Origin: Candidatus Zixiibacteriota bacterium
Lineage (GTDB): Bacteria; Zixibacteria; MSB-5A5; WJJR01
Length of the DNA stretch: 40,584 nucleotides
Reading direction: 5' to 3'
NCBI GenBank assembly: GCA_036170655.1
Contig: JAVHPP010000097.1
Span: 1 to 40,584, forward strand
How positions within the stretch are numbered: position 1 is the stretch's first letter; each line of letters begins with the position of its first letter. The notes under the pieces were generated by a model. The model did not search any database, was not told the DNA's origin, and saw only the letters and a list, made by a program, of their open reading frames with translations. Positions 25,863-35,397 of this stretch are shown here, in pieces. The translations under genes and the position numbers were made by a program.

Positions 25863-26627
25863 TCATTCGAAAACCCCCGGCAGGGCTCGAACAGAGTCGA
25901 TGAACGGTGCGAGAAACTCCCGCACGTGCTGATTATCTGAATGAATCAATTCCGCGCAGGTGCCATCGAAAACGACCACACCATCATGGAGCACGATGAA
26001 ATGATCTGTCATTCCAAATGCGTCGGCGATCTGATGAGTGACGATGATCGAGGACACCCCTTTCACGTCTTTCAGCTTGAGGATCATCTCGGCGATGGCT
26101 CGCGTGGAGACCGGGTCAAGACCGGTCGTGGGCTCATCGTAGAGCATGATCAGCGGGTCCACGGCCGCGACCGCCCGTCCGATGGCCACACGACGCTGCA
26201 TGCCGCCCGATAACGAGTCGGGCAGGATGTCAATCAGATCCTCCGATAGGTTGAGGAACCGCAATGTTTCGCGGACGGTCGCCTCGATTTCGGCCAATGG
26301 CTTGTCGGTATTCTCCAAGAGGGCGTACCCGATATTCTCCCCAACGGTCATGGAATCGAACAGGGCGCCGCCTTGAAACACAAAACCGATTTGGGGACGG
26401 ATCCGGCTCCACTTGGACTCGGATACCTGAGTCATGTCCGTCCCATTGATGACGATCCGCCCCGACTGAGGGCGTACCAGACCAGCAACCAGTTTGAGGA
26501 TCGTGCTCTTGCCGGAGCCGGAGACGCCAAAGATCACGCTGGTCTCCCCCGGCGCAACATGGAAGCTCACATCCCGGAGCACACGCACGTTGCCATAGCC
26601 GAAGGAGACGTTCTCGAAACGAATCAT
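25863..26627 (-). CDS. mlaF: ABC transporter ATP-binding protein, MlaF/Mkl type
   Basis: GVSGSGKST, FQGGALFDSMTV, LSGGMQRRVAIGRA, YDEPTTGLDP, VTH; ATG 26627 with GAGG SD. Confidence 0.9.
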   Translation of the reverse strand: MIRFENVSFGYGNVRVLRDVSFHVAPGETSVIFGVSGSGKSTILKLVAGLVRPQSGRIVINGTDMTQVSESKWSRIRPQIGFVFQGGALFDSMTVGENIGYALLENTDKPLAEIEATVRETLRFLNLSEDLIDILPDSLSGGMQRRVAIGRAVAAVDPLIMLYDEPTTGLDPVSTRAIAEMILKLKDVKGVSSIIVTHQIADAFGMTDHFIVLHDGVVVFDGTCAELIHSDNQHVREFLAPFIDSVRALPGVFE

Positions 26628-26697
26628 TGTGCGCCCAACCTCATACAGTCCATTCCTGTTTCGTCGCGCCTTCGGCATACGGCCAATTGCGCCGCCA

Positions 26698-27474
26698 TCA
26701 CAGGATCCCTTTCAGAAGCGGAACAATCAGCCGGGTGAAGAGAAAGTTCACCATCAGGATCGTGATGGAACAGGCCACCACCGAATCGGTCGTGGAACGG
26801 CCAACTCCCTTGGTGCCACCCTCTGTGGAAAACCCCATGTGTGTGGAGATGGTTGCAATAATGACGGCAAAGAGAAACGGTTTGGTGAGGCCGACGATGA
26901 TATTGCCAAGGTTGACCTTGACCATGACATTGGTCCAGTATGCAGTTCCAGAGATATGCGCAATGTAGATGGCAATGATGTAGCCACCGTAGATCGCGAC
27001 GAAATCGCAGATGATCGTCAAGACCGGCAGCATGATGAAGATCGCCCAGAACCGCGTCACCGCCAGCTTGCGGATGGGATCGACCCCGAAGGCCCGCAGG
27101 GCGTCGATCTGCTCTGACGATTTCATGGAGCCGAGTTCCGCCGTGATCCCGGCAGCCACTCGTGCCGCAACCATCAGGGCGGTCAAGACAGGGGCCAGTT
27201 CACGGAAAACAGCAATCGCCATGACTCGTCCCAGGTAATTTTTGGAACCGAAATCGGCGAGTTCGATGGAGAATTGCAGGGCAAACCCCTGACCGGCAAA
27301 TGCACCCGTCAGTACAACCAGAAACAGCGAGCCGACGCCGAGAAAGTACATCTGTTCGACTGTTTCGACGAAATAGAACGGGCGGCCAAACAGCCGCCGT
27401 CCAAGCTGAACCGAATACTTCAGCAATTCCTGCAGATCCCAGGCAAAACGTTTGAGAATGCTGAAAGAGACCAT
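26698..27474 (-). CDS. mlaE: ABC transporter permease MlaE
   Basis: RELAPVLTAL, AELGSMKSSEQIDAL, GGTKGVGRSTTDSVV. Confidence 0.92.
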   Translation of the reverse strand: MVSFSILKRFAWDLQELLKYSVQLGRRLFGRPFYFVETVEQMYFLGVGSLFLVVLTGAFAGQGFALQFSIELADFGSKNYLGRVMAIAVFRELAPVLTALMVAARVAAGITAELGSMKSSEQIDALRAFGVDPIRKLAVTRFWAIFIMLPVLTIICDFVAIYGGYIIAIYIAHISGTAYWTNVMVKVNLGNIIVGLTKPFLFAVIIATISTHMGFSTEGGTKGVGRSTTDSVVACSITILMVNFLFTRLIVPLLKGIL

Positions 27475-27576
27475 CGGTCAGTTGACTCCCCGGTATTTCC
27501 GGCAGGACAATATACCCGACGGCTTAAGGAGAGGGCAGAGGTTTTGCAACGGGTCAGCCGAATGGCTTCTACTGAA

Positions 27577-27600
27577 GGGCCACGGCAAGCCGTGCCCGCT
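27577..27600. repeat. REP-like palindrome (degenerate)
   Basis: GGGCCACGGC-AA-GCCGTGCCC-GCT. Confidence 0.6.
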
Positions 27601-27678
27601 TTCATTGAACACCAGCCACGCCGTGTGTGAACGCCGCCTGTGGCACAATCCAAGAAGAGAACGCGTCATTTCCGGGAC

Positions 27679-27702
27679 GGGCACGGCAAGCCGTGCCCCT
27701 AC
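27679..27702 (-). repeat. GTAG-type REP-like palindrome
   Basis: Minus strand GTAG-GGGCACGGC-TT-GCCGTGCCC. Confidence 0.7.
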
Positions 27703-27769
27703 GCTTTGCTGGACACGCGATCGTGAAATTGCTTGCGCCGCGCCAGCCCATCGTGTATTTGTGTGACGC

Positions 27770-27856
27770 CTGATTCGTGGGGATGGTCCCGTCAATGGGG
27801 CCTGAGATCATACCCTTCGAACCTGATCCGGGTAATACCGGCGTAGGGAAACGGAC
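27770..27856 (+). ncRNA. TPP riboswitch
   Basis: GGGGATG...CTGAGA...ACCCTTCGAACCTGATCCGGGTAATACCGGCGTAGGGAA matches the THI-box core. Confidence 0.95.
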
Positions 27857-27896
27857 GGGCGGATGACCGGGGACAAAACCGGACATCGAGAAAAGA

Positions 27897-27926
27897 GCCG
27901 TTTCCGCGTGACCGGAAACGGTTTTC
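27897..27926 (+). terminator. Expression-platform hairpin of the TPP riboswitch
   Basis: GCCGTTTCCG-CGTGAC-CGGAAACGGT-TTTC; its 5' arm is also complementary to GGAAACGG (27847-27854) at the aptamer 3' end. Confidence 0.7.
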
Positions 27927-27957
27927 GCATTCTGGGGCCCCTGGGAGGAATTGTGTT

Positions 27958-30417
27958 ATGAAGAAAACATGGTTCTATCCGGCCATCGTAGCCCTGACAG
28001 CAGGGTTGTGGCCATGTGTCGGCAATACCGAGGCCGGTATTCTCAGCGGGCGCATCGTGGACGCCCAGACCGGCGTGCCGGTGGCGGCCGCAACCGTGCG
28101 GGTCCCCGATCGTCACATCGGTGTCGTGGCTGACAGTAATGGGGGCTTCGTCATCGACAATATCCCCGAAGAATGGATGACCTTGACCGTCCACCACGTG
28201 GGGTATCGTTCGTGGCGGCAGACCGTCTTCCCGGTTGGACAGAACATCGTCGTGAACTTAGAGCCGGTCATCCTGCCCGGTCAGGGCATTGTCGTCACGG
28301 CATCGCGGGCGGTGCGGGGCGAGTCGCCGGTGGCCTTTGAGAATATGACGCGTCAGGAGATCAGTCAGGCGCATTACGCCCAGGATGTTCCGCAACTGCT
28401 GACCGAAAGCCCCGGCGTGTATGCCTACTCCGACAATGGGAACAACATCGGATACACGTATCTGTCTGTCCGTGGATTTCCCCAACGACGTGTCTCGGTG
28501 CTCATCAATGGCGTTCCGTTGAACGACCCGGAGTCTCACGAAGTGTACTGGATCGACCTTCCCGATCTCGCCGAGAATCTTCAAGACGCGCAGATCCAGC
28601 GCGGCGTGGGCACCACGCTCTATGGCGCCAATTCGATGGGCGGGACGATCAGCCTGCTCACCAACTCCTTCTCCCCCGTCCGGCAGTTGTCATTCACGTC
28701 GGGAGCCGGTTCGTATGGGACACGTAAGTTCTCTCTGGCGCTCAACTCCGGTCTGATCGATGACCGTTATGCGTTGTACGGCCGTTTCTCGCGCATCGTG
28801 TCGGACGGGTATCGCCAGAACGCATGGACAGACCTGTGGTCGTATTTCTTCTCCGCCACGCGCTTTGACGCGAAGTGGACGAACCATCTGAACGTCTTCG
28901 GCGGTCCGGAGCAGACACATCTGGCATACAAGGGAATCCCACGACCGTTCATCGATGGCGACACGACATTCACTTTCAATGGACGCCAGCCAACAGGCAA
29001 CAAGAGCATCGACCGCCGGTACAATCCCTTCGAATGGAACGGCGAAACCGACAACTTCAACCAGCCGCAATACCAGTTGATCAGCGAGTTCCAGCCGGAC
29101 TCGAGCTGGCTGTTCGAGAACACGTCGTTCTACATTAAAGGAAAAGGATACTACGACCAACTCAGATTCGGCCAGAAATACAAGAAGTACCATTTGTTTG
29201 GTCCGGGAAGAGCCGACCAGTTAGCCCGCCGACGCTGGGTGGACAACGATTTCTGGGGATTCGTGCCGAAAGTGACGCGTCGGCACGAGGGCGGCGCCTT
29301 GACCATCGGCGGTGAGGTCCAAAGGCTGAGCGCCGACCACTGGGCCGAAGTGTGGTCGGTTGTGCCAGCGCCGGATTCGCATTTCGTTCCGGGCCAGAAA
29401 TACTACGATTACCAAGGCCGGAAGACGGTCGTCTCGGGGTTCGCTCAGGAGGTGTATTCACCGTTGTCCGGGATCACGCTGACGGGCGCGGTGCAGTACT
29501 CGATCAAGGAGTACCATCTCGATAACAGCCGCTTCCCCAACGGGCTTGGACAAATGGTCAGCCATGGGACGCGTTACAAGATCTGGTCGCCGCGCTTTGG
29601 TCTGACGATCCGTCCCGTCAGGGATCTGTCGCTGTTCGGCAGTATCAGCGCCAACAGACAGGAGCCAACCAACGACGAGATCTTTGACCCGCAGGATTAC
29701 GACGCCAACGCGCGGGATTTCTTCCGCAATTTTGATTCCACAACAGGGGTCGGGCGCGATCCCATTATGAAACCGGAACGGCTCGCCGACTACGAGTTCG
29801 GCACGACATTCCAGCGCGACCGGTGGCAACTCACTGCCAATCTGTTTCGGATGACGTTTCGCGACGAAATCGTCTACAACGGAACACTCAGCGATGATGG
29901 CGTGCCGTTACGCGCCAACGCGCCGTCATCAACCCATCAGGGAATCGAGCTGTCTGTCCGCATGAGCCCGTGGAAGCGATTGACCCTCTCGGGGAACCTG
30001 TCTATCAATGACAACACATTCAGCAAGTTCACGGAATATGCGTGGAGCGGCGACACGATCAATCGCTCCGGCAATGTGGTCGCTGGGTTTCCCAAGCATC
30101 TGGCGAATCTTCGCGTGACGTATGAACAACGTTACGCCGGCATCTCCGGGCACATTTTCTCGGCCGGTCGCTCGTACATTGACAACTCGAATTCCCCCAG
30201 CGCGTCGATCGCGCCATACACGGTGATCGACCTCCGTGGCGAAATCAAGCTGGGACCGGTTGCCGGCTGGGATGGACTCAGCGCTTTCGGGCAGATCAAC
30301 AATCTCACGAATCAGAGTTACGAAACGGGAGGGTACCTGGACGACGATGGGACAACACCGCTGTTCCTGCCGGCGGCAAAACGGAACTTCTATGTGGGAC
30401 TGAAGGTGAATTTGTGA
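27958..30417 (+). CDS. TonB-dependent receptor, probable thiamine/precursor uptake
   Basis: GGAGG SD, signal peptide, plug motifs SVRGF, INGVPLNDPESHEVYWID, QRGVG, C-terminal NNLTN...RNFYVGLKVNL; directly downstream of the TPP riboswitch. Confidence 0.9.
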   Translation: MKKTWFYPAIVALTAGLWPCVGNTEAGILSGRIVDAQTGVPVAAATVRVPDRHIGVVADSNGGFVIDNIPEEWMTLTVHHVGYRSWRQTVFPVGQNIVVNLEPVILPGQGIVVTASRAVRGESPVAFENMTRQEISQAHYAQDVPQLLTESPGVYAYSDNGNNIGYTYLSVRGFPQRRVSVLINGVPLNDPESHEVYWIDLPDLAENLQDAQIQRGVGTTLYGANSMGGTISLLTNSFSPVRQLSFTSGAGSYGTRKFSLALNSGLIDDRYALYGRFSRIVSDGYRQNAWTDLWSYFFSATRFDAKWTNHLNVFGGPEQTHLAYKGIPRPFIDGDTTFTFNGRQPTGNKSIDRRYNPFEWNGETDNFNQPQYQLISEFQPDSSWLFENTSFYIKGKGYYDQLRFGQKYKKYHLFGPGRADQLARRRWVDNDFWGFVPKVTRRHEGGALTIGGEVQRLSADHWAEVWSVVPAPDSHFVPGQKYYDYQGRKTVVSGFAQEVYSPLSGITLTGAVQYSIKEYHLDNSRFPNGLGQMVSHGTRYKIWSPRFGLTIRPVRDLSLFGSISANRQEPTNDEIFDPQDYDANARDFFRNFDSTTGVGRDPIMKPERLADYEFGTTFQRDRWQLTANLFRMTFRDEIVYNGTLSDDGVPLRANAPSSTHQGIELSVRMSPWKRLTLSGNLSINDNTFSKFTEYAWSGDTINRSGNVVAGFPKHLANLRVTYEQRYAGISGHIFSAGRSYIDNSNSPSASIAPYTVIDLRGEIKLGPVAGWDGLSAFGQINNLTNQSYETGGYLDDDGTTPLFLPAAKRNFYVGLKVNL

Positions 30418-30429
30418 AGTGGATACGGA

Positions 30430-30460
30430 GAATAGGACTAATAGGACAGATAGGACTGAT
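30430..30460 (+). repeat. 9-bp tandem repeat x3 ending in TAGGAC
   Basis: GAATAGGAC TAATAGGAC AGATAGGAC. Confidence 0.7.
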
Positions 30461-30496
30461 CTAACGGATTGGCGGGTGTAGCCCGCTGTGCATGCC

Positions 30497-31888
30497 ATGA
30501 TCAAGGCACTCAATCCGATCGACATCATCATCATCGCCGCGTTTCTGGCGTTCCAGTTCTATTTCGGGTCGACCGCGCGGCGCAAGCGGAGCGAGAAACT
30601 CAGCGCACTCGACTATCTGATTGGCAGCCGACGGCTGACTGCGCCGGCATTGGTCGCCACGCTGGTCACGACCTGGTATGGCGGCGTCCTCGGAGTCGGG
30701 GAGTACTCTTACAAATACGGGGTTTCGAACTGGCTGGTCTTCGGCCTGCCGTACTATCTGTGGGCCGCCGTCTTTGCCCTCTTCCTGGCAGGCCGGGCAC
30801 GGCGGACTCAGTTCATCTCCCTTCCGGACCATCTCGCGCAGCACTACGGAAAAGCGCCCGCCCTCGCCGCGGCCGTCATCATCTTCGTGATGACGGTGCC
30901 TTCGGCGTATGTGCTTCAGCTGGGCACCATAATCCAATTCCTGTGGGGCTGGCCGCTGGCGTGGGGCGTGGCGGTCGGGGCCGTGCTGTCGGTCGGATAC
31001 ATTGTGATTGGCGGATTCCGGGCGGATGTGCAGATGAACAAGTTGCAGTTTCTCTGCATGTTTGGGGGCTTCGCGCTGATCATTCCCTTCTCCCTCTGGA
31101 AACTGGGCGGCTGGTCGTACCTGACCGCGCATGTGCCGGCGACGCACTTCACGTGGCACGGGGGGAATTCCGGATGGTACATCCTGTCGTGGTACTTCCT
31201 CGCCATGGAAACGCTGATCGAGCCGTCGTTCTATCAGCGTTGTTATGCGGCGCAGTCGGAACATGTCGCGCGACGCGGGATTTTATGGTCAATTCCGTTC
31301 TGGATTCTCTTTGACTTTATGACAACGAGCGCAGGACTGTACGCCAGCGCCGCCTGTGCCGGACTCCCGGACGCGCAGATGTCGTACCCGGCACTGGCCT
31401 TCAAGATTCTTCCCCCGGGAATCGCCGGTCTCTTTTTCGTCGGCATGCTGGCGACGGTCATGTCAACGGTGAACTCCTACACATTTCTGGCGGCCGTGGC
31501 CTTGGCACGCGACATTGTCTGCCGGGTCAAACCGGTATCCGACCATACCGTGATTACGGCGACACGCTGGGGAATCGCCGCTTCCGTTCTCTTGTCTGTC
31601 GTGATCGCCGTGACAGAAAAGTCCGTGGTCAATCTGTGGCGAGACCTTGGATCGATCGGGACTCCGGCGCTGCTCTTGCCGATCCTCTCGACTTTCTTGC
31701 CGCGAAAGATCACGTGTTCTTCACGTCAGGCCATGTGGTGGGTTGTTCTCCCGAGCCTGACTTCCGCGACTTGGGTTGTCACCGAGGCAGTGTTTGGGCA
31801 TTACCCAGCGGGACTGGAGCCGATTTTCCCGGGATTGGCGGTGTCGGCGGGGATTGCGGGAGTGTTGTGGACGAGAAGGACGAAATAG
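30497..31888 (+). CDS. Sodium:solute symporter family protein, probable thiamine/precursor permease
   Basis: DYLIGSRRL, TLVTTWYGG, GGFRADV, YQRCYAA, MLATVMSTVNS; many TM helices; co-oriented behind the TPP-controlled receptor. Confidence 0.88.
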   Translation: MIKALNPIDIIIIAAFLAFQFYFGSTARRKRSEKLSALDYLIGSRRLTAPALVATLVTTWYGGVLGVGEYSYKYGVSNWLVFGLPYYLWAAVFALFLAGRARRTQFISLPDHLAQHYGKAPALAAAVIIFVMTVPSAYVLQLGTIIQFLWGWPLAWGVAVGAVLSVGYIVIGGFRADVQMNKLQFLCMFGGFALIIPFSLWKLGGWSYLTAHVPATHFTWHGGNSGWYILSWYFLAMETLIEPSFYQRCYAAQSEHVARRGILWSIPFWILFDFMTTSAGLYASAACAGLPDAQMSYPALAFKILPPGIAGLFFVGMLATVMSTVNSYTFLAAVALARDIVCRVKPVSDHTVITATRWGIAASVLLSVVIAVTEKSVVNLWRDLGSIGTPALLLPILSTFLPRKITCSSRQAMWWVVLPSLTSATWVVTEAVFGHYPAGLEPIFPGLAVSAGIAGVLWTRRTK

Positions 31889-31928
31889 GCGAAATGGACA
31901 AGAATAGACGAATCGGAGAGAGGCGAAC

Positions 31929-32951
31929 TCAGATATGCAGCGATTGAACCCACTCGGTGCTGCCGGGCTTGATCCGGATCGTCCGCGATTCACCGCCGCG
32001 CCTCAGCGAGACCTCGACTGACGGATCCTTGCAGAGGTCACAGTAACGCGACGTGATGGCGGCGGCTTTTTCGAGATCGTCTTCGGTGGGGGCACCGCGC
32101 ACGATTGTGACTGGCGAGCCGGTGTCCATCACTTCGAGCAGCCAGTCACCCGGCTCGGCATAGGCTTCGATCTTGTTGTTGTCGTTTTCGCTACGGCCGA
32201 CGATTGCTTTGGTCACAGCGGTCAGGCGAAAATGGCGTCCAACCTGAAGTAGATTCAGGTCGGTGAAGTTGATGTGGGGGGTGTTCTGAAAAAGATCACG
32301 CAGCTTCTTCGAGTACTCCGGGTCGGTGAGCAAACAGCCGGACGCGGGTGAGGGATAGTCTTCCAAACCGAACTCATTCGCCATGGCCATCTGGCGGTGG
32401 CGGCTGCGACCGGAGATCGACTCGAGCTTGTCCCGGTCGATCCGGCCATCCAATTCCGGGATCGTCGGCGGCAGGAGCTTTGCAGATAAGGGCCGCAAAA
32501 GCCGTCCCTTCAGCCCGGATTCACGCTCGGTGAGATGGAGTTTCGGCAGCATCTGTGAGAAGGGGCGCTGGCCGAGGACTTCGCCGGTGATGACCGCATC
32601 AGCACCCACCATGTCCATGTAGTCTTTTCCTTCGCGCAACATCAGGATACGGCAGTCCACGCATGGATTCATGTTCTTGCCGTAACCGTGCACCGGATCG
32701 TGCACGATCTTGACGAACTTGTCGGCCAGATGCACCAGCTTCACATCGAAGCCAAACTGTTTGGCGGCCGGGTATGGATTTGAAGAACACGAGGAGCGAT
32801 CCGACAGATCGCAGCCAAAGTGCGTCATGAACGTCAGCGCGGTGACTTGAACATTCTGACGCAACATCAGGAGTACCGACAGCGATGAGTCCAGCCCTCC
32901 CGAAAACAGGGAGATCACGTGCGCGCGGGGCTTCTCGGGCGAGTTTTGCAT
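31929..32951 (-). CDS. PP-loop tRNA sulfurtransferase (ThiI/MnmA-like) with probable C-terminal DUF814/NFACT-R-like domain
   Basis: FSGGLDS, NPCVDCR, TGEVLGQRPFSQ, LRPLSAKLLPPT, PASGCLLTD, GRHFRL. Start ATG 32951 or GTG 32975. Confidence 0.78.
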   Translation of the reverse strand: MQNSPEKPRAHVISLFSGGLDSSLSVLLMLRQNVQVTALTFMTHFGCDLSDRSSCSSNPYPAAKQFGFDVKLVHLADKFVKIVHDPVHGYGKNMNPCVDCRILMLREGKDYMDMVGADAVITGEVLGQRPFSQMLPKLHLTERESGLKGRLLRPLSAKLLPPTIPELDGRIDRDKLESISGRSRHRQMAMANEFGLEDYPSPASGCLLTDPEYSKKLRDLFQNTPHINFTDLNLLQVGRHFRLTAVTKAIVGRSENDNNKIEAYAEPGDWLLEVMDTGSPVTIVRGAPTEDDLEKAAAITSRYCDLCKDPSVEVSLRRGGESRTIRIKPGSTEWVQSLHI

Positions 32952-33048
32952 GACTGCGACCTGATTGGAGTCCACCTCCGGCGAATGATACGCCGCCGCA
33001 TCGTCCCTGTTTGCAGACCGGCGCAGGCAGAGGACATCAGAGCGGATG

Positions 33049-33798
33049 TCAGCGGCGGGTCAAAGCAAGACCACTGGTCGAGGCGGGAAGTTCCGAGTAG
33101 CGCCGGATGGTGTCGCGAATACGCTCGATGTGCTCCAACTCGTGCTCGACCATGCGTCGCACGACCTTGCGGGCCGTCCACTTCTCGATGGCATTGGCAG
33201 CGTCCCGATGGGGTTCGAAGATCACGGTGCGGGTTGTCTCATCCAGCCGCCGCAACGCGGCCGTCACTGCCGCCCGTGTCTCCGCCAGGTGCGGGAGGAG
33301 AAACAACCCGCCGGTGCGTTCCGTCATGATCCCCAAACGGGACAGATACCAGCGTTCGCATGACTCGACATGGCTGAGGTGACGCAAAACCGAGCGCCCA
33401 CCCGGGTACGGCTTCCAGCGAAGAATGCGGGGATTGATTCCGTCAACGAGGCGCATGAGGGTCGCACGCGCGGCGCCCATGACCTTCAATGCATCGTTCA
33501 ACTGCGCCTTCGTCAGCGGCTGGGCGTCCCATCGGAAAAACGCGTTGACCCCGGAGACGGTCCACGGACTGGTTCCATAGGCCTCCTCGACAACTTCGAG
33601 GCGCCGCGGACCATAGCCGGCGGGCGTCGGCGCTCCCATGGCGCGCCGCCAGTCGAGATACTCGGCGATGCGATCACCCAATTGGGCCAGCGCGTGTTTC
33701 CGGCTGTCGGCGAAAAGATGACATCCCCAAAGTTCGGGCACATGGGCCATCGCTGCGCCGGTCTTGGAATATTCCAGATACACTTCATAGCGTGCCAT
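33049..33798 (-). CDS. HicB-like N-terminal domain fused to DinB/YfiT-like domain
   Basis: AHVPELWGC...ALAQL..IAEYL (HicB-like); SVLRHLSHVESCERWYL and WTARKVVRRMVEHELEH (DinB His ligands); GGAG SD. Confidence 0.72.
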   Translation of the reverse strand: MARYEVYLEYSKTGAAMAHVPELWGCHLFADSRKHALAQLGDRIAEYLDWRRAMGAPTPAGYGPRRLEVVEEAYGTSPWTVSGVNAFFRWDAQPLTKAQLNDALKVMGAARATLMRLVDGINPRILRWKPYPGGRSVLRHLSHVESCERWYLSRLGIMTERTGGLFLLPHLAETRAAVTAALRRLDETTRTVIFEPHRDAANAIEKWTARKVVRRMVEHELEHIERIRDTIRRYSELPASTSGLALTRR

Positions 33799-33969
33799 GG
33801 GTGGCTCCGTCAGCGATCAGTCAGTATCCATATTGCCTGTTCTTCGTCAAAAACCATACCGCCACAGCATGGTTCGGGCAAGAAATCTGCTCCCACATAT
33901 TATCAGAAATGGAATGGCTGAAAGCAATGGTAAAAATGGGAGGATGGAACGGAACAGGTGGAATGTGCA

Positions 33970-35397
33970 TTACAAAAGCCAGACCAGCGAGTCTGCAGCG
34001 AGGGCGAGGAATGGCTGAGGGTAGATTCCCAGCAGCAAGGTGATGATTGCGGCAAGGGCAAGGACGACGGCATATCCACCCGATCCGGCACGGCTCGCGT
34101 TGGCGGTCTCGCCGGTTTCAGGCCACATCCAGATGGCCACGACGACGCGCAGATAGTAGTAGACGGAGACAGCCGAAAACAGGACAGCCCAGATCACCAG
34201 ACCGAGGAGACCCGATTTGAGGGCTTCAGAAAAGAGCGCGAACTTGCCAGCGAAGCCCGCAGTTGGCGGAATACCCGTCAGTGCGAACATGAAGAGTGAC
34301 AACGCGGCCGCGATGGCAGGCCGACGCCGTCCCAGGCCGGCGACGGAGTCCAAAGTCGTGGCCTTCCCTGCCTTCTCGACCGCCGCGATGACCGCGAATG
34401 CACCGACACTCATGGCGGCATATCCCATCAGGTAGAATCCGATGCTGCTGGCCGCTCCGGGCCCGTTGGCGCAAAGCCCAACCAGCACGTACCCCACATG
34501 GGCGATTCCCGAGTAGGCCAGGAGCCGTTTCAGGTCACGCTGGCGCAATGCCCAGACGTTCCCGACGAACATCGAGAGCCAGGACACCCACCAGATAATC
34601 GTCTGCAACGGCAGGTCAGCGAAGGTCGTCAGAACAAGTCTTAAGAGGAGACCGACCGCCGCCGCTTTTGGCGCTGCGGCGAAGAATGCCACAGTGGGAG
34701 TCGGCGCGCCAGCGTACACATCCGGCGCCCACGCGTGGAACGGCACACCCGCAATCTTGAAAAAGAATCCAATGAGAATCAGGACGCCACCGGCCAAAAG
34801 CAGCGGCTCCGAGAATGGTCCGGCGGCATAGGAATTGCCGATCGCCTCGAACGCGAACGAGCCCGTGGCGCCATAGACCAAGGCGATGCCAAAGAGCAGG
34901 AATCCGGACGCAAAGGCGCCGGTCAGAAAATACTTCGCCCCCGCCTCAACAGCCTCGTCGGACTGAGTTTGGCCCGCGGCCATCGCGTAGAGCGGCAAAG
35001 ACAGAATCTCCAAGCCGATGAAGATCACGATCAGATTGGCGCCGATGACCAGCAGATCCATTCCCACCATGGACGCCAGAAGTAGACTGAAAAATTCTGC
35101 ACCAAAGACGCTCTTGGCCTCGCCGTCCCATGCCGCTGTCGCCGTCAGGGTGGCCAGGAAGCCGCCTAAATAGATGATCAGCCGAAACAGATTCGCGAAG
35201 CGGTCGGACATGACCATGCCGGAAAACCCGAGCTCGATGTGGTCAAACTGCATCACCACCGCCACGCCGGCGGCCAAGATGAACAACGCCGCATACCACC
35301 CCAGGTTCCTCCGGCCATCCGTCATGACATCCATGACCATGAGGAACAACAGGCCCGCCGTAAGAATGATCTCCGGCATGATGGCGGCAAAGTTCAT
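33970..35397 (-). CDS. nuoN: NADH-quinone oxidoreductase subunit N
   Basis: IGLEILSL, EAGAKYF, FKIAGVPFHAWAPDVY, KRLLAYSGIAH, GIPPTAGFAGK; ATG 35397 overlaps nuoM stop (ATGA). Confidence 0.95.
   Translation of the reverse strand: MNFAAIMPEIILTAGLLFLMVMDVMTDGRRNLGWYAALFILAAGVAVVMQFDHIELGFSGMVMSDRFANLFRLIIYLGGFLATLTATAAWDGEAKSVFGAEFFSLLLASMVGMDLLVIGANLIVIFIGLEILSLPLYAMAAGQTQSDEAVEAGAKYFLTGAFASGFLLFGIALVYGATGSFAFEAIGNSYAAGPFSEPLLLAGGVLILIGFFFKIAGVPFHAWAPDVYAGAPTPTVAFFAAAPKAAAVGLLLRLVLTTFADLPLQTIIWWVSWLSMFVGNVWALRQRDLKRLLAYSGIAHVGYVLVGLCANGPGAASSIGFYLMGYAAMSVGAFAVIAAVEKAGKATTLDSVAGLGRRRPAIAAALSLFMFALTGIPPTAGFAGKFALFSEALKSGLLGLVIWAVLFSAVSVYYYLRVVVAIWMWPETGETANASRAGSGGYAVVLALAAIITLLLGIYPQPFLALAADSLVWLL

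Noticed and set aside
31929..32951. ThiI-like gene as part of the thiamine locus
   Set aside because: Convergent to the TPP-controlled operon, no rhodanese domain visible, and motifs fit a tRNA-thiolation family; adjacency is probably coincidental.
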